Below are positions 18,491 through 26,914 of a stretch of 57,456 nt of DNA, piece by piece; position 1 is the stretch's first letter; the number at the start of each line of letters is the position of its first letter. Origin of the DNA: a virus (lineage: Duplodnaviria > Caudoviricetes); the IMG/VR virus record IMGVR_UViG_3300036823_000129, positions 1 through 57,456 of that record; one strand, written 5' to 3'. A program made the translations under genes and the position numbers. The notes below the pieces were generated by a model that worked only from the letters and a program-made list of their open reading frames with translations, was not told the origin of the DNA and made no database searches.

Positions 18491-18904
18491 GTGACCGCCA
18501 CGTTGTTCCCGACAGTCGAGCTGCTCGAGCACCAGTTCACCGAGCAGGTCATCGGCACGAAGAACAAACCCGGCATCGCCCGCCAGGTCGGGTTCCGGGT
18601 CTACCACACCTACCGCTCGAAACGGTCGGAGCCCGGGTGGCCTGATTGGGCGCTCGTCCGTGAGCGCTTCATCACGCTCGAGCTGAAGACGAGCTCGGGG
18701 AAGGTCAGCGACGCGCAGAAAGCATGGGGGCGCGACCTGATCTCCGGCGGCGTCGAGTTCTACATCCCTCGGCCCGCTGACCTCGACCTCCTCGCGCTCA
18801 TCCTCTCCTCCCGGGAGAACGCCGGCACCGGGCTGCTCTCAACGGTTGAGGCGCAGGCGGCACGGGAGTTGCTGCATGCGAAAACCGTGGAGGCGATCGC
18901 TTGA
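18491..18904 (+). CDS. VRR-NUC domain nuclease
   Basis: PGWPDW......ELKT..GKVSDAQKAW. Confidence 0.85.
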   Translation: MTATLFPTVELLEHQFTEQVIGTKNKPGIARQVGFRVYHTYRSKRSEPGWPDWALVRERFITLELKTSSGKVSDAQKAWGRDLISGGVEFYIPRPADLDLLALILSSRENAGTGLLSTVEAQAARELLHAKTVEAIA

Positions 18905-19353
18905 CCATCCTCGCCATCGCGCTCGCCGCGCTGCTCGCATGGGCCCTACTCCACATCGCCCTGACCACGGAGGAGGACGAGCTCGTGATCGCGGGCGCCG
19001 CGCTCACCGGCAGCCACCAAGTCGCGTTCTCGATCCATGTCCTCGAGCACGCCGTCGACCAGGCCCAGGCGCGCTACCCCGGCGACGACATCACCGGCGC
19101 AGCGATCGCCGCCGACGTCGCCAACGCGCTCGAGGAAGGACGCAACGGCAACCAGCTCACGGAAAGAGGCCGGTCGCTCCGAGGCGCCAAAGACGGATCG
19201 CAGCTCGCGTGGACACGAGCGGGCGAACGGATCTACGTGTGGAAGCCAGACGGTCCGCACAGGCTGATCGTGATCACCGCGCTCCCGCCCGTCGAGACCG
19301 CGCCGGTGGAGACGGCTGTCGCGCGGGCGTTGCGAAGGGCGATGGTCGCGTGA
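18901..19353 (+). CDS. Hypothetical protein with an N-terminal membrane anchor
   Basis: Hydrophobic N-terminus; coupled on both sides. Confidence 0.55.
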   Translation: MTILAIALAALLAWALLHIALTTEEDELVIAGAALTGSHQVAFSIHVLEHAVDQAQARYPGDDITGAAIAADVANALEEGRNGNQLTERGRSLRGAKDGSQLAWTRAGERIYVWKPDGPHRLIVITALPPVETAPVETAVARALRRAMVA

Positions 19354-19631
19354 AAGAGCTCACCCTTTTCGATCCGCCAGCCGCGATTCCGCGGTCGCTC
19401 ACGGATCACCAGGCCGAAGCGTTCGAGCACGTCCGGGAGGCCGGCCACGACGGCATCCGCGCGGACGAGCTCGGGCGCCTCATCGGATCCGCGCCTTTGC
19501 ACTGCCGCCAGAACGGGCTCTCGCTCCTGCAGGCATTGAAGAAGAAGGGGTGGGTGCGGCAGACGAAAGGCGGCGTGTACGTCGCGATCGAGCTCCCCAC
19601 CGGCGACGACTTCGGCGAGATCCCGTTCTGA
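19350..19631 (+). CDS. Winged-helix protein with a DDFGEIPF tail
   Basis: LTDHQ...ADELG...LQALKKKGWV. Confidence 0.65.
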   Translation: MKELTLFDPPAAIPRSLTDHQAEAFEHVREAGHDGIRADELGRLIGSAPLHCRQNGLSLLQALKKKGWVRQTKGGVYVAIELPTGDDFGEIPF

Positions 19632-19677
19632 CCATCCCGACTTTCACCCGCACGACCAACCCAACAAAGGAGAGACC

Positions 19678-20007
19678 GTGAACAAGCTCTACCGGCAAGG
19701 CGACGTCCTCATCATCCCCGTCGCATCCATCCCCCACGCGACCGACGCGGTCAAGCGTGAGAACGGCCTCGTGATCCTCGCCCACGGCGAGATCACCGGC
19801 CACCACCACGCGATCGCCGACCAGAAGGTCGAGCTCGTCACAAGCCAGGAGGCAGACGAGCTCCGCACGTGGCTCTCGATCACCACCGACGAGCCCGTCG
19901 CTCTCACCCACCAGGAGCACGACACGATCATGCTCCCGCCCGGAAGCTATGAGGTGCGGAGGCAAAGGGAATACGCCCCTGACGCTCCGCGCAACGTCCA
20001 GGACTGA
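19678..20007 (+). CDS. Conserved His-rich partner of the DUF6745-like protein
   Basis: RQGDVLI, LAHGEITGHHH, HQEH..I.LPPG.Y.VRRQREY; AAGGAG RBS. Confidence 0.8.
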   Translation: MNKLYRQGDVLIIPVASIPHATDAVKRENGLVILAHGEITGHHHAIADQKVELVTSQEADELRTWLSITTDEPVALTHQEHDTIMLPPGSYEVRRQREYAPDAPRNVQD

Positions 20008-20012
20008 TCCCG

Positions 20013-20486
20013 ATGCCAGCGAGCAAGTCTGGGGTCTGGGTAAGGCCTCGTCACGGAACGATCACCGGCTACAAGAACTACCGCTGCCGCTGCGCGCCTT
20101 GCAAAGCGGCGAACGCTGCGTCGCATCGCCGGTGGGCGGCGAAGAACCGGCCGCACACGCGGAGCAAGGCACGCGATTACTACCGCGCGCATCCGGACCG
20201 TCGTCGCGTTCAGACGCTTCGGCGGTATGGGATCACCGCTGAACAGTTCGAAGGGATGCTGGAGGCACAGGAAGGTGCCTGCGCGATCTGCCACGCAGAA
20301 GAGGTCGTTCTGCAGGTCGATCACGATCACTCCTGCTGTCCTGGTCAGCGCTCGTGTGGCGGATGTATTCGCGGTCTGCTGTGCGCGAAGTGCAACACGG
20401 CGGTCGCGTTCTTCGACGACGATCCCGAGCGGCTCCGTCGGACGATCAGCTACCTGACGATCTCCGCTCTTGAGGCGGCGATCTGA
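20013..20486 (+). CDS. Endonuclease VII-family nuclease
   Basis: YGIT...Q.G.CAIC...VDHDH..C....CIRGLLCAKCN. Confidence 0.9.
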   Translation: MPASKSGVWVRPRHGTITGYKNYRCRCAPCKAANAASHRRWAAKNRPHTRSKARDYYRAHPDRRRVQTLRRYGITAEQFEGMLEAQEGACAICHAEEVVLQVDHDHSCCPGQRSCGGCIRGLLCAKCNTAVAFFDDDPERLRRTISYLTISALEAAI

Positions 20487-21427
20487 TGACGAAGAAGAAG
20501 ATCGCTCAGCTCACAAGCGAGCAGGAGGCGGCGCTCCACGAGAGCGTCGCCTCCTGGCTCCAGACCGGCCGGAGCACCGAACGGTGTGACAGGGAGGCCT
20601 GCGAGGCGGCATGGACGGGCATGTACGCGAAGCTCGGCGAGCGGCGGCCGATGGTGCTCTGGTTCGACAGCCCCCTCGCGTGCATTCTGGCATGGGGGAT
20701 CCTGTCGCAGCTCGGCTCGCAGCTCGGCTCGCAGCTCCGCTCGCAGCTCGGCTCGCAGCTCGGGGTCCGCTGGGGCGGCGGCTGGTGGTCGTGGTACCCG
20801 GCGTTCTACTCCTGGCCCGAAGTGCACCTGGCCGACCAGGGCTTCGAATACGACAAGGAGGCATCGGAACGGCTCGGTCTGTGGCGGCAGGACGCCGAGA
20901 ACGCCCACTGGTGGTTCCCGTACAAGCCGCTGATCCTCGCCAGCGACCGCCCCACCACCCTCCAGGTCGACGAGGAAGGGCGGCTGCACAGCCAGACCGG
21001 GCCCGCGCTTCAGTACGCCGACGGGTACAGCCTCTACGCCTCCCACGGGGTTCGCCTCGATGACCGTCGGATCATCGAGGCGCCCGAGACGTTGACCTCC
21101 GCGGAGATCCTCGGCGAGCAGAACGTCGAGGTCCGTCGTGTGATGATCGAACAGTTCGGGATCGACCGGCTGATGTCGGAGGCGGCCGCGGTGCTCGTCG
21201 ACGCCGACGTCGACACGCACGGCCGGCCACGCGAGCTTCGGCGGCTGCCGATGCCAGGCGACGAGGACGTGCTCGTCATCCAGGTCGTCAATTCGAGCCC
21301 CGAGCCGGACGGGCACTTCAAGGACTACTGGCTACGGGTGCCGCCAACAGTCAGCACGTGCGTGGAGGCGGTCGCGTGGACGTTCGATATGACCGAGAGC
21401 GACTACCGGGTGGCGATCGAGACGTGA
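20486..21427 (+). CDS. DUF6745-like protein
   Basis: WWFPY......SDRP....D.EGRLH...GPALQYADG; NVEVRRVM; NSSPEPDG..K.YWLRVPP......AVAWTF. Confidence 0.8.
   Translation: MTKKKIAQLTSEQEAALHESVASWLQTGRSTERCDREACEAAWTGMYAKLGERRPMVLWFDSPLACILAWGILSQLGSQLGSQLRSQLGSQLGVRWGGGWWSWYPAFYSWPEVHLADQGFEYDKEASERLGLWRQDAENAHWWFPYKPLILASDRPTTLQVDEEGRLHSQTGPALQYADGYSLYASHGVRLDDRRIIEAPETLTSAEILGEQNVEVRRVMIEQFGIDRLMSEAAAVLVDADVDTHGRPRELRRLPMPGDEDVLVIQVVNSSPEPDGHFKDYWLRVPPTVSTCVEAVAWTFDMTESDYRVAIET
20705..20764 (+). repeat. 12-bp tandem repeat x5 encoding SQLG/SQLR
   Basis: TCGCAGCTCGGC units seen directly. Confidence 0.95.
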
Positions 21428-22320
21428 GCGTGGCGATCGCCGGCGGCACGAAAATAGAGTGGTGCGACTTCACGTTCTCGCCCTGGTGGGGATGCGAACG
21501 CGTCTCGCCGGCGTGCGCGCACTGCTACGCCGCCGACTGGGCGAGATTCCGCGGGAAGGTCGACGACCTCTGGACAAAGACCGGGGAGCACCGGTTCCAG
21601 TTCATGAGCGACGCCCGGTGGCGGGAGCCGCTGAAGTGGGCCCGCAACGCACCCGAGGCCCTCGGCAGGCGACCACGGGTCTTCTGCGCGTCGATGGCCG
21701 ACGTGTTCGAGGAGCGCCCCGAGCTCGACGAGCACCGCGACCGGCTCTTCGACCTCATCTGCGCCACCCCGGAGCTCGACTGGCTGATCCTCACGAAACG
21801 CCCCGAGTTCGCGCACGAATGGCTCCGCGGGTTCTACTGGCGCACGCTCACCGACCCGTTCGTGAAGGTGCCGCTCCGGAACGTCTGGATGGGCGTGTCG
21901 ATCGAGAACAGCCGCTACACGTGGCGAGCCGACGTCCTCCGGGATCTCCCCGCCGCAGTGAAGTTCATCAGCGCCGAGCCGCTGCTCGGATCGCTCTTCG
22001 AGGACGCACGCTCACCCCGCCCGGCTGAGACGCCGACGCTCGACGAGCGCCGACGCGTTCGCGCACCCCTCAACCTGACCGGGATCGACTGGGTCATCGC
22101 CGGCGGCGAATCCGGGCCACGCTCCCGCCGCACCGACCCCACCTGGATCCGCGAGATCCTCGAAGCCGTCGACGAACAGAAAATCTGCCACGACCACCAA
22201 GTCTCGCTCTTCGTGAAGCAGTTGGGTGCCCGTCTAGCGAAGGAGCTTGGTCAGCGAGGCAAAGGGGACGATCCCTCTGGCTGGCCTGAGGATCTCCGTG
22301 TGCGGGAGTTCCCGCGGTGA
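21424..22320 (+). CDS. Phage Gp37/Gp68 (DUF5131) radical-SAM-like protein
   Basis: TKIEW.D.T..PWWGC.RVSPACAHCYA, VFCASMADVFE, LTKRP, FISAEPLL, WVIAGGESG, FVKQLG. Confidence 0.92.
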   Translation: MSVAIAGGTKIEWCDFTFSPWWGCERVSPACAHCYAADWARFRGKVDDLWTKTGEHRFQFMSDARWREPLKWARNAPEALGRRPRVFCASMADVFEERPELDEHRDRLFDLICATPELDWLILTKRPEFAHEWLRGFYWRTLTDPFVKVPLRNVWMGVSIENSRYTWRADVLRDLPAAVKFISAEPLLGSLFEDARSPRPAETPTLDERRRVRAPLNLTGIDWVIAGGESGPRSRRTDPTWIREILEAVDEQKICHDHQVSLFVKQLGARLAKELGQRGKGDDPSGWPEDLRVREFPR

Positions 22321-22760
22321 CGGCGTCCCTGAGAGTTCAGAGCGATGGCCGCGTCGCGGAGATCCTGTCGCGCTGCGATCTCCTCGGGGGTCATCCGCCG
22401 GCCGTTCACGGACGGCAACTTCACGAATCGCTGGACGAGTGCCGCCTGCTCAGCCTTCACCTGCAGGTACGGCTTGAGTGTTGCGCTAGCCGCGGCGGCC
22501 TGGGCGTTGGAGACCTGCCACATGTAGGCCGGGAGATTGTGCTCACGCGTGTTGTACTCGTAGACGCGCACTCGGCCACCGAACCGATCGGCGAGCAGTG
22601 TCGGAACCTGCGGTGTCACCTGGCTGAGTCCCATGATCGCGACGAAGTAGGTGACCTCCGAGCCGTCGGACACTCGCCGTTTGTATCGAGAAGAGATCGA
22701 GATGTACCCGTCGCAGTCGATGCAGCCGGCGAGATAGGGAAGCAACTGTCGATCGTTCAA
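22251..22760 (-). CDS. Single-motif LAGLIDADG homing endonuclease, antisense in the early arm
   Basis: YLAGCIDCDGYI, FGG, LKPYLQVK.EQA; TAAGAT -10 box 7 nt before the TTG. Confidence 0.85.
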   Translation of the reverse strand: MNDRQLLPYLAGCIDCDGYISISSRYKRRVSDGSEVTYFVAIMGLSQVTPQVPTLLADRFGGRVRVYEYNTREHNLPAYMWQVSNAQAAAASATLKPYLQVKAEQAALVQRFVKLPSVNGRRMTPEEIAARQDLRDAAIALNSQGRRHRGNSRTRRSSGQPEGSSPLPR

Positions 22761-22813
22761 GCCGCGAATCTTACCGTGTGGCTGCAGCTAGGCACGCTTC
22801 CCAGGAGCGCCGC

Positions 22814-22990
22814 ATGAACGAGCTACGGCAGCTCGACGCGAACCTCGGGCACTGCGAGTTCCAATCCATCCGCGGCGATGACGGGCTCTGGCGCGCCCAC
22901 TGCAAAACCTGCCCCTGGATCGGAGAGCCACAGCCTCACCCGCTCGACTGCGGCGAGGACTCAATCCGCCACTCGAAAGAGACCGCCTGA
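22814..22990 (+). CDS. Small zinc-finger-like protein
   Basis: AGGAG RBS; WRAHCKTCPW...H. Confidence 0.55.
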   Translation: MNELRQLDANLGHCEFQSIRGDDGLWRAHCKTCPWIGEPQPHPLDCGEDSIRHSKETA

Positions 22991-23898
22991 TGGCGTATCG
23001 CGAGATCCACGACGACGTGCCGCTCTCCCGCACGCTGAACCAGCTCAGCCACTTCGAAGAACGCCTCTACTGGCGGATGCTCTCCCAGACCGACGCGTGG
23101 GGGCGTCTCTCCGGCGAGCTGCGGAAGATCCGTCTGCGCGCGATCCCCGAGCTCGCAGTCACCGATGACGACCTCGACCGGGCTCTCCGGCGTCTCGTCA
23201 CGGTGGAACGCGTCGACGTCTACATCGAGTCCGGGGTGACGGTCTCTCAGATCGTGGACTTCGACGACCGCCAGCACGTCGCCAAGCTCAAACGGGCGCC
23301 CTCGAGGTTCCCGACCCGCACGACCGCATCAACATCGCCGTACGACCTGCCGCTCTCGCTCCCTCTCCCCGAAACCGGGCCTGAGGCTTGCGACCTGCCG
23401 CTCTCGAACGTCGAACCGATCCATAAACACCCTGCAAAATCACCGATCGACAGAGAGAAGACAGAGAGAGAAGACAGAAGAGAGATTGATCTACCGACAG
23501 CGGTGTCTAGGGAACCCGCGCGAGGCCTGTCGGTTTCAGAAACGATTCGAGGCTCGCTCGAACATTGCGGCCGATCCGTGATCAGCGATGCCGACATCCC
23601 CGCGAGACTTACCGTCCCGGCTTTCGCTGACCTGCCTGCGAGCGCGATCGGCGGATTCGACGCGCATGATCCGAGGTCGATCGCAGCTCGGCTCCGTGAC
23701 GCCGACGACGGGACGGTGAACGTGCTCGCGAAGCTTCGGTCGCGGCTGCCGCCGGCGGCGTTCCTGGCGGCGATGGAGTCGCTCGAGGAGCGCCGCGGGA
23801 AGCAGCCGCCGCTACGTTCCGACGTGCGATATGTGGTCGGGGCATTGAAGACGATGCTGCGCGAGGGCACCTACCAACAGGGCGGAGCGGCGGCTTGA
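22990..23898 (+). CDS. Putative replication initiator
   Basis: N-terminal LY..ML..TD.WGRL.G....I pattern, a low-complexity EK/ER linker and a helical C-terminus (YVVGALK). Confidence 0.7.
   Translation: MAYREIHDDVPLSRTLNQLSHFEERLYWRMLSQTDAWGRLSGELRKIRLRAIPELAVTDDDLDRALRRLVTVERVDVYIESGVTVSQIVDFDDRQHVAKLKRAPSRFPTRTTASTSPYDLPLSLPLPETGPEACDLPLSNVEPIHKHPAKSPIDREKTEREDRREIDLPTAVSREPARGLSVSETIRGSLEHCGRSVISDADIPARLTVPAFADLPASAIGGFDAHDPRSIAARLRDADDGTVNVLAKLRSRLPPAAFLAAMESLEERRGKQPPLRSDVRYVVGALKTMLREGTYQQGGAAA
23343..23486. repeat. Candidate intragenic origin repeats
   Basis: 16-bp direct repeat CGACCTGCCGCTCTCG at 23343 and 23391, then a purine-skewed run with three GACAGA units. Confidence 0.5.
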
Positions 23899-24356
23899 CG
23901 ACCGCGGGACGATCGACCGGCAGCGTGTACGTGTGCTGGTCCCCGATCTGGGATCCTAGGTTCGTGAAGATCGGGTTCAGCGCCGACGTGGGCAGCCGGA
24001 TGAAGGCGCTGCGCGCGAACCAGATGCTCGTTCTTGACGGTGGCGGAGGGGTGGAGACTCATCTGCACGCGGCTCTTCGAGATCGTCGAGTTCGGCACGA
24101 GCATTTCGAGGTCGGTCCGGAAACGCTTTGGCTCTTGTCGCTGATGCGTGAACGACAACGCGAAGCCGGCCTGGCTGCCTTCGCTTCGAATTACGCCGGC
24201 TTCTTCGATCGGCTGGGGATCGATTTACGCGGCCAATACCCGTGGCAATCCAGCCTCTGGTCGCTCGGCGAGGACGCGCGAACCGATCGTCCGGCGGTCG
24301 CTCTTCGCGCGGACATCGAGCGGATCCTCGGCCCGTACGTGACGACCTACCTGTGA
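23895..24356 (+). CDS. GIY-YIG / T5orf172-like protein
   Basis: VYV......VKIGFS.DV..R...L...ETHLH........EHF. Confidence 0.75.
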   Translation: MTTAGRSTGSVYVCWSPIWDPRFVKIGFSADVGSRMKALRANQMLVLDGGGGVETHLHAALRDRRVRHEHFEVGPETLWLLSLMRERQREAGLAAFASNYAGFFDRLGIDLRGQYPWQSSLWSLGEDARTDRPAVALRADIERILGPYVTTYL

Positions 24357-24521
24357 TCTTCCAGTGAAGGCCTGCCGGGTGTGCGGTCGGAAGGCTGAGC
24401 GTCTCGTGCGCGCCACGACGGGACGCTCTCGGGTCCTGCTCGGGGAGGAGCTCGCGTGCCGGGACCACGAGGAGGCGGTTCGCCTCGACCTGCTCCGGGT
24501 ACTCACGCGCCGGAGGGTGTC

Positions 24522-24689
24522 GTGACGATCGTCGGGAAGACCTACCTCGAGCGCGGGGAGCCGGTGACGGTGCTGATCCGTTGGCGCCCGGGCTCGCCGA
24601 AGGGCACGCCGCGGAATGTGCTGATCCGGCGCGCCGACGGGACGCTCGTAGTCCGACCCTTTCGCGGGCTCCGGAAGCCTTCGTCCTAG
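24522..24689 (+). CDS. Small conserved phage protein
   Basis: GKTYLERGEPVTVL...PRNVLIRRADG..VVRPFRGLR. Confidence 0.65.
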   Translation: MTIVGKTYLERGEPVTVLIRWRPGSPKGTPRNVLIRRADGTLVVRPFRGLRKPSS

Positions 24690-24960
24690 CGACGGGCCTC
24701 GCTGCCAGGGGTTCTCGTCGAGAACGTCCCGGTGGCTGGTAGGCGTCGTGTCCGGCCGACGCGACGGCTAGAAATGCAGTTCGCGCTGCTCCCGTGTCGG
24801 GGTTGGGCGTCATCAGGAGAAGTGCGGGACCGCCCGGTGGGCGCCGGGCGTCCCGCTGAGATCGGGCGATTCTCGAATACTGTCCGGCCCCATCCGTACG
24901 CTCGCGTGCTCCTGATCAACGCGGCCGGCGAAGACGCCCATCTGGTTCGGCCAACCGACA

Positions 24961-25325
24961 CATCTTCCGGTTGTTGTCGTGCCACGGGACCCTAACTTCG
25001 AGGATCAGCGACCACGGCACAGGCACCGGCGGTCTGTTGTTCCAGCCGCCGCCGTTGACGTAGAACTTGCCGCCGACGAAAGCTGCATGGTCGGCGAGAG
25101 AGATGTGCGCTTGGATATCCATTTCAGACGAGCTCCGTTCTGCCGTTCAAACTCGAGCTGCTCGACGCCGACTGCAACGCCGTCGAGGTCGGCTCCGGGG
25201 CTTCCGTCGCCGCGACGACGATCGGTGGCTCCGTGAACCCGCTCCAGCTGGTGATTGTGATCTCGATCATCCCGAACGATTCGACGGTTCCGTCGAGGAC
25301 CCTCCCTCCGGATCCTACGACGTGA
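24961..25325. pseudogene. DUF6941-like gene split across strands
   Basis: Minus strand MDIQ...LADHA....GKFYVNGGGW...VPWHDNNRK; plus strand from 25140 LPFKLELLDADCNAV. Confidence 0.55.
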
Positions 25326-25384
25326 TCGGCCGCGACGCGAGCTACTTGCGCGGCGAGACGATTTGATGCACGCGCTACATACCG

Positions 25385-25413
25385 TTGACATGATATAGCA
25401 CTACTGCTATATT
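25385..25413 (+). promoter_or_regulatory. Sigma70-type leaderless promoter with overlapping operator
   Basis: TTGACA, 17 bp spacer, TATATT, 6 nt before the ATG; palindrome ATATAGCA-ctac-TGCTATAT at 25393-25412. Confidence 0.9.
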
Positions 25414-25419
25414 ATCGGC

Positions 25420-25782
25420 ATGTGGGAAGTCGAAGTCACCGACGAATTCCGGGACTGGTACGAGGATCTCGACGAGGACAGCCAGGCGCCGATCATCGCG
25501 GCTGTCAAACAACTAGAGCAGCGAGGGCCGTCACTCCCTCGCCCGATCGCCGCAGAGGTCGTCGGCTCCCGCATCCACAACCTGAAAGAGCTTCGGCCGC
25601 TCGGAACAAGCATTCGGATCCTGTTCGTGTTCGACCCGCGCCGCTCCGCGATCCTGCTGATCGGCGTCGACAAGGCCGAGCAGGGCTGGAACGAGTGGTA
25701 CGACCGGGTCGGGATCCCGGCGGCCGAGCGGCTGTATGACGACTACCTCGCCGAGTTGCGACGGGAGGGACTAATCGAATAG
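25420..25782 (+). CDS. higB: RelE/HigB-like (phage Gp49-type) toxin
   Basis: WEVE.TDEF..W..L, GP.L.RP, NLKELR...IRILF.FDPRRSAILLIG.DK. Confidence 0.88.
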   Translation: MWEVEVTDEFRDWYEDLDEDSQAPIIAAVKQLEQRGPSLPRPIAAEVVGSRIHNLKELRPLGTSIRILFVFDPRRSAILLIGVDKAEQGWNEWYDRVGIPAAERLYDDYLAELRREGLIE

Positions 25783-25826
25783 GGCGGGTTCGGGGCAAAT
25801 CCGGCTAAGGGAAAAAAGGGGATCAC

Positions 25827-26150
25827 ATGAGCGGACACACGAAATTTGGGGATCTGAAGCACAAGCCGAGCCGCGAGAAGATCGCGGCGGCTGACAGGGA
25901 GCTTGAGCGGGCATTGACGCTCGCGGAGCTTCGCCGTGCGCGGGAGATGACGCAGACGCAGCTCGCGTCTGCGCTCGAGATGAAGCAGGGCGGCGTGTCG
26001 CGGATCGAGCATCAAACCGATCTGTACGTGTCGACGTTGCGGAGCTTCATCGAGGCTCTCGGCGGGCAGCTCGAGGTGACGGCGGTGTTCCCGGACGGTC
26101 TCGTACCGATCAGGGACTTCGCTGACCTCGACGAACCCGTGCCGGCGTGA
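25827..26150 (+). CDS. higA: XRE-family antitoxin (HigA-like)
   Basis: LAELRRAREMTQTQLA...Q..VSRIE...DLYVSTLRSFIEALGG.L...AVFPD. Confidence 0.88.
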   Translation: MSGHTKFGDLKHKPSREKIAAADRELERALTLAELRRAREMTQTQLASALEMKQGGVSRIEHQTDLYVSTLRSFIEALGGQLEVTAVFPDGLVPIRDFADLDEPVPA

Positions 26151-26593
26151 CCGTCACAGCTGAGGATGCGGCCGAGCTCCGAGCGGCTGTCGAGAAGTGC
26201 CGGGAATCGAGGGCGGAGCGCGACGCAGCCAAGCAAGAGCTTTACGCCTATCTGCGGAGCGCCCGCTCGGTCGCGACGGTGCGCGAGCTCGCCGAGGCAT
26301 CCGGTCTGAGCTTCCAGCGGGTGCACCAGATCGTCGGGACGGGCACCGGCGCGTCGCCGGCAACGCATCTCTACTTCGCCGAGCACGGGAACCTGATCAA
26401 GATCGGTGTCACCTCGAATGTCGAACAGCGGATGAAGGAGCTGAAGACGACGCTTCTGCTCGCGGTTGAGCATCCCGAGCCGACGAAGCTCGAGGGGCAG
26501 CTCCACGGCTCGCTCGCCGCGCACCGCGTCCGTGGCGAATGGTTCAGCGCCCACGGCGAAGTGCTCGCCGCGATGGATACGCTCCGACCGTGA
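26147..26593 (+). CDS. HTH plus GIY-YIG/T5orf172-like protein
   Basis: VRELAEASGLSFQRVHQI; LYF......IKIG.T.NVEQR...L...E..LH.......GEWF. Confidence 0.75.
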   Translation: MTVTAEDAAELRAAVEKCRESRAERDAAKQELYAYLRSARSVATVRELAEASGLSFQRVHQIVGTGTGASPATHLYFAEHGNLIKIGVTSNVEQRMKELKTTLLLAVEHPEPTKLEGQLHGSLAAHRVRGEWFSAHGEVLAAMDTLRP

Positions 26594-26904
26594 CGACCAC
26601 GTTCACCGTCCAGCCGTTCGCCGACGCCGACCAGGACGTCAGCGCGGACGAGCTCGACGCGATCCTCACGACCCTCGAGAACGACCCGGGTGTGCACGCG
26701 CCCGCCATGTCGTACGACTCCGAGCACAGGCGCGTCGGCGCGATCTTCCAGGTCGACTTCACGACCGAGCGCGACGCGACGATCGACACCGCAACCCGGA
26801 TCGCCGTCACCGCGTTCGAGCTTGCGCTCGCCAGCGCACGCCTCGACGCCGAAGCGGTCGGCGTGTCGATCGTGGCGGGAGACGACCCCGACCTGCTCCC
26901 GTAG
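26590..26904 (+). CDS. Acidic hypothetical protein
   Basis: GTGA-coupled in the toxin-antitoxin operon. Confidence 0.6.
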   Translation: MTTTFTVQPFADADQDVSADELDAILTTLENDPGVHAPAMSYDSEHRRVGAIFQVDFTTERDATIDTATRIAVTAFELALASARLDAEAVGVSIVAGDDPDLLP

Positions 26905-26914
26905 CTACGCGCGG

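Noticed and set aside
22251-22760. Group I intron or intein hosting the LAGLIDADG
   Set aside because: No interrupted host gene, no intein terminal residues and no room for ribozyme structure.
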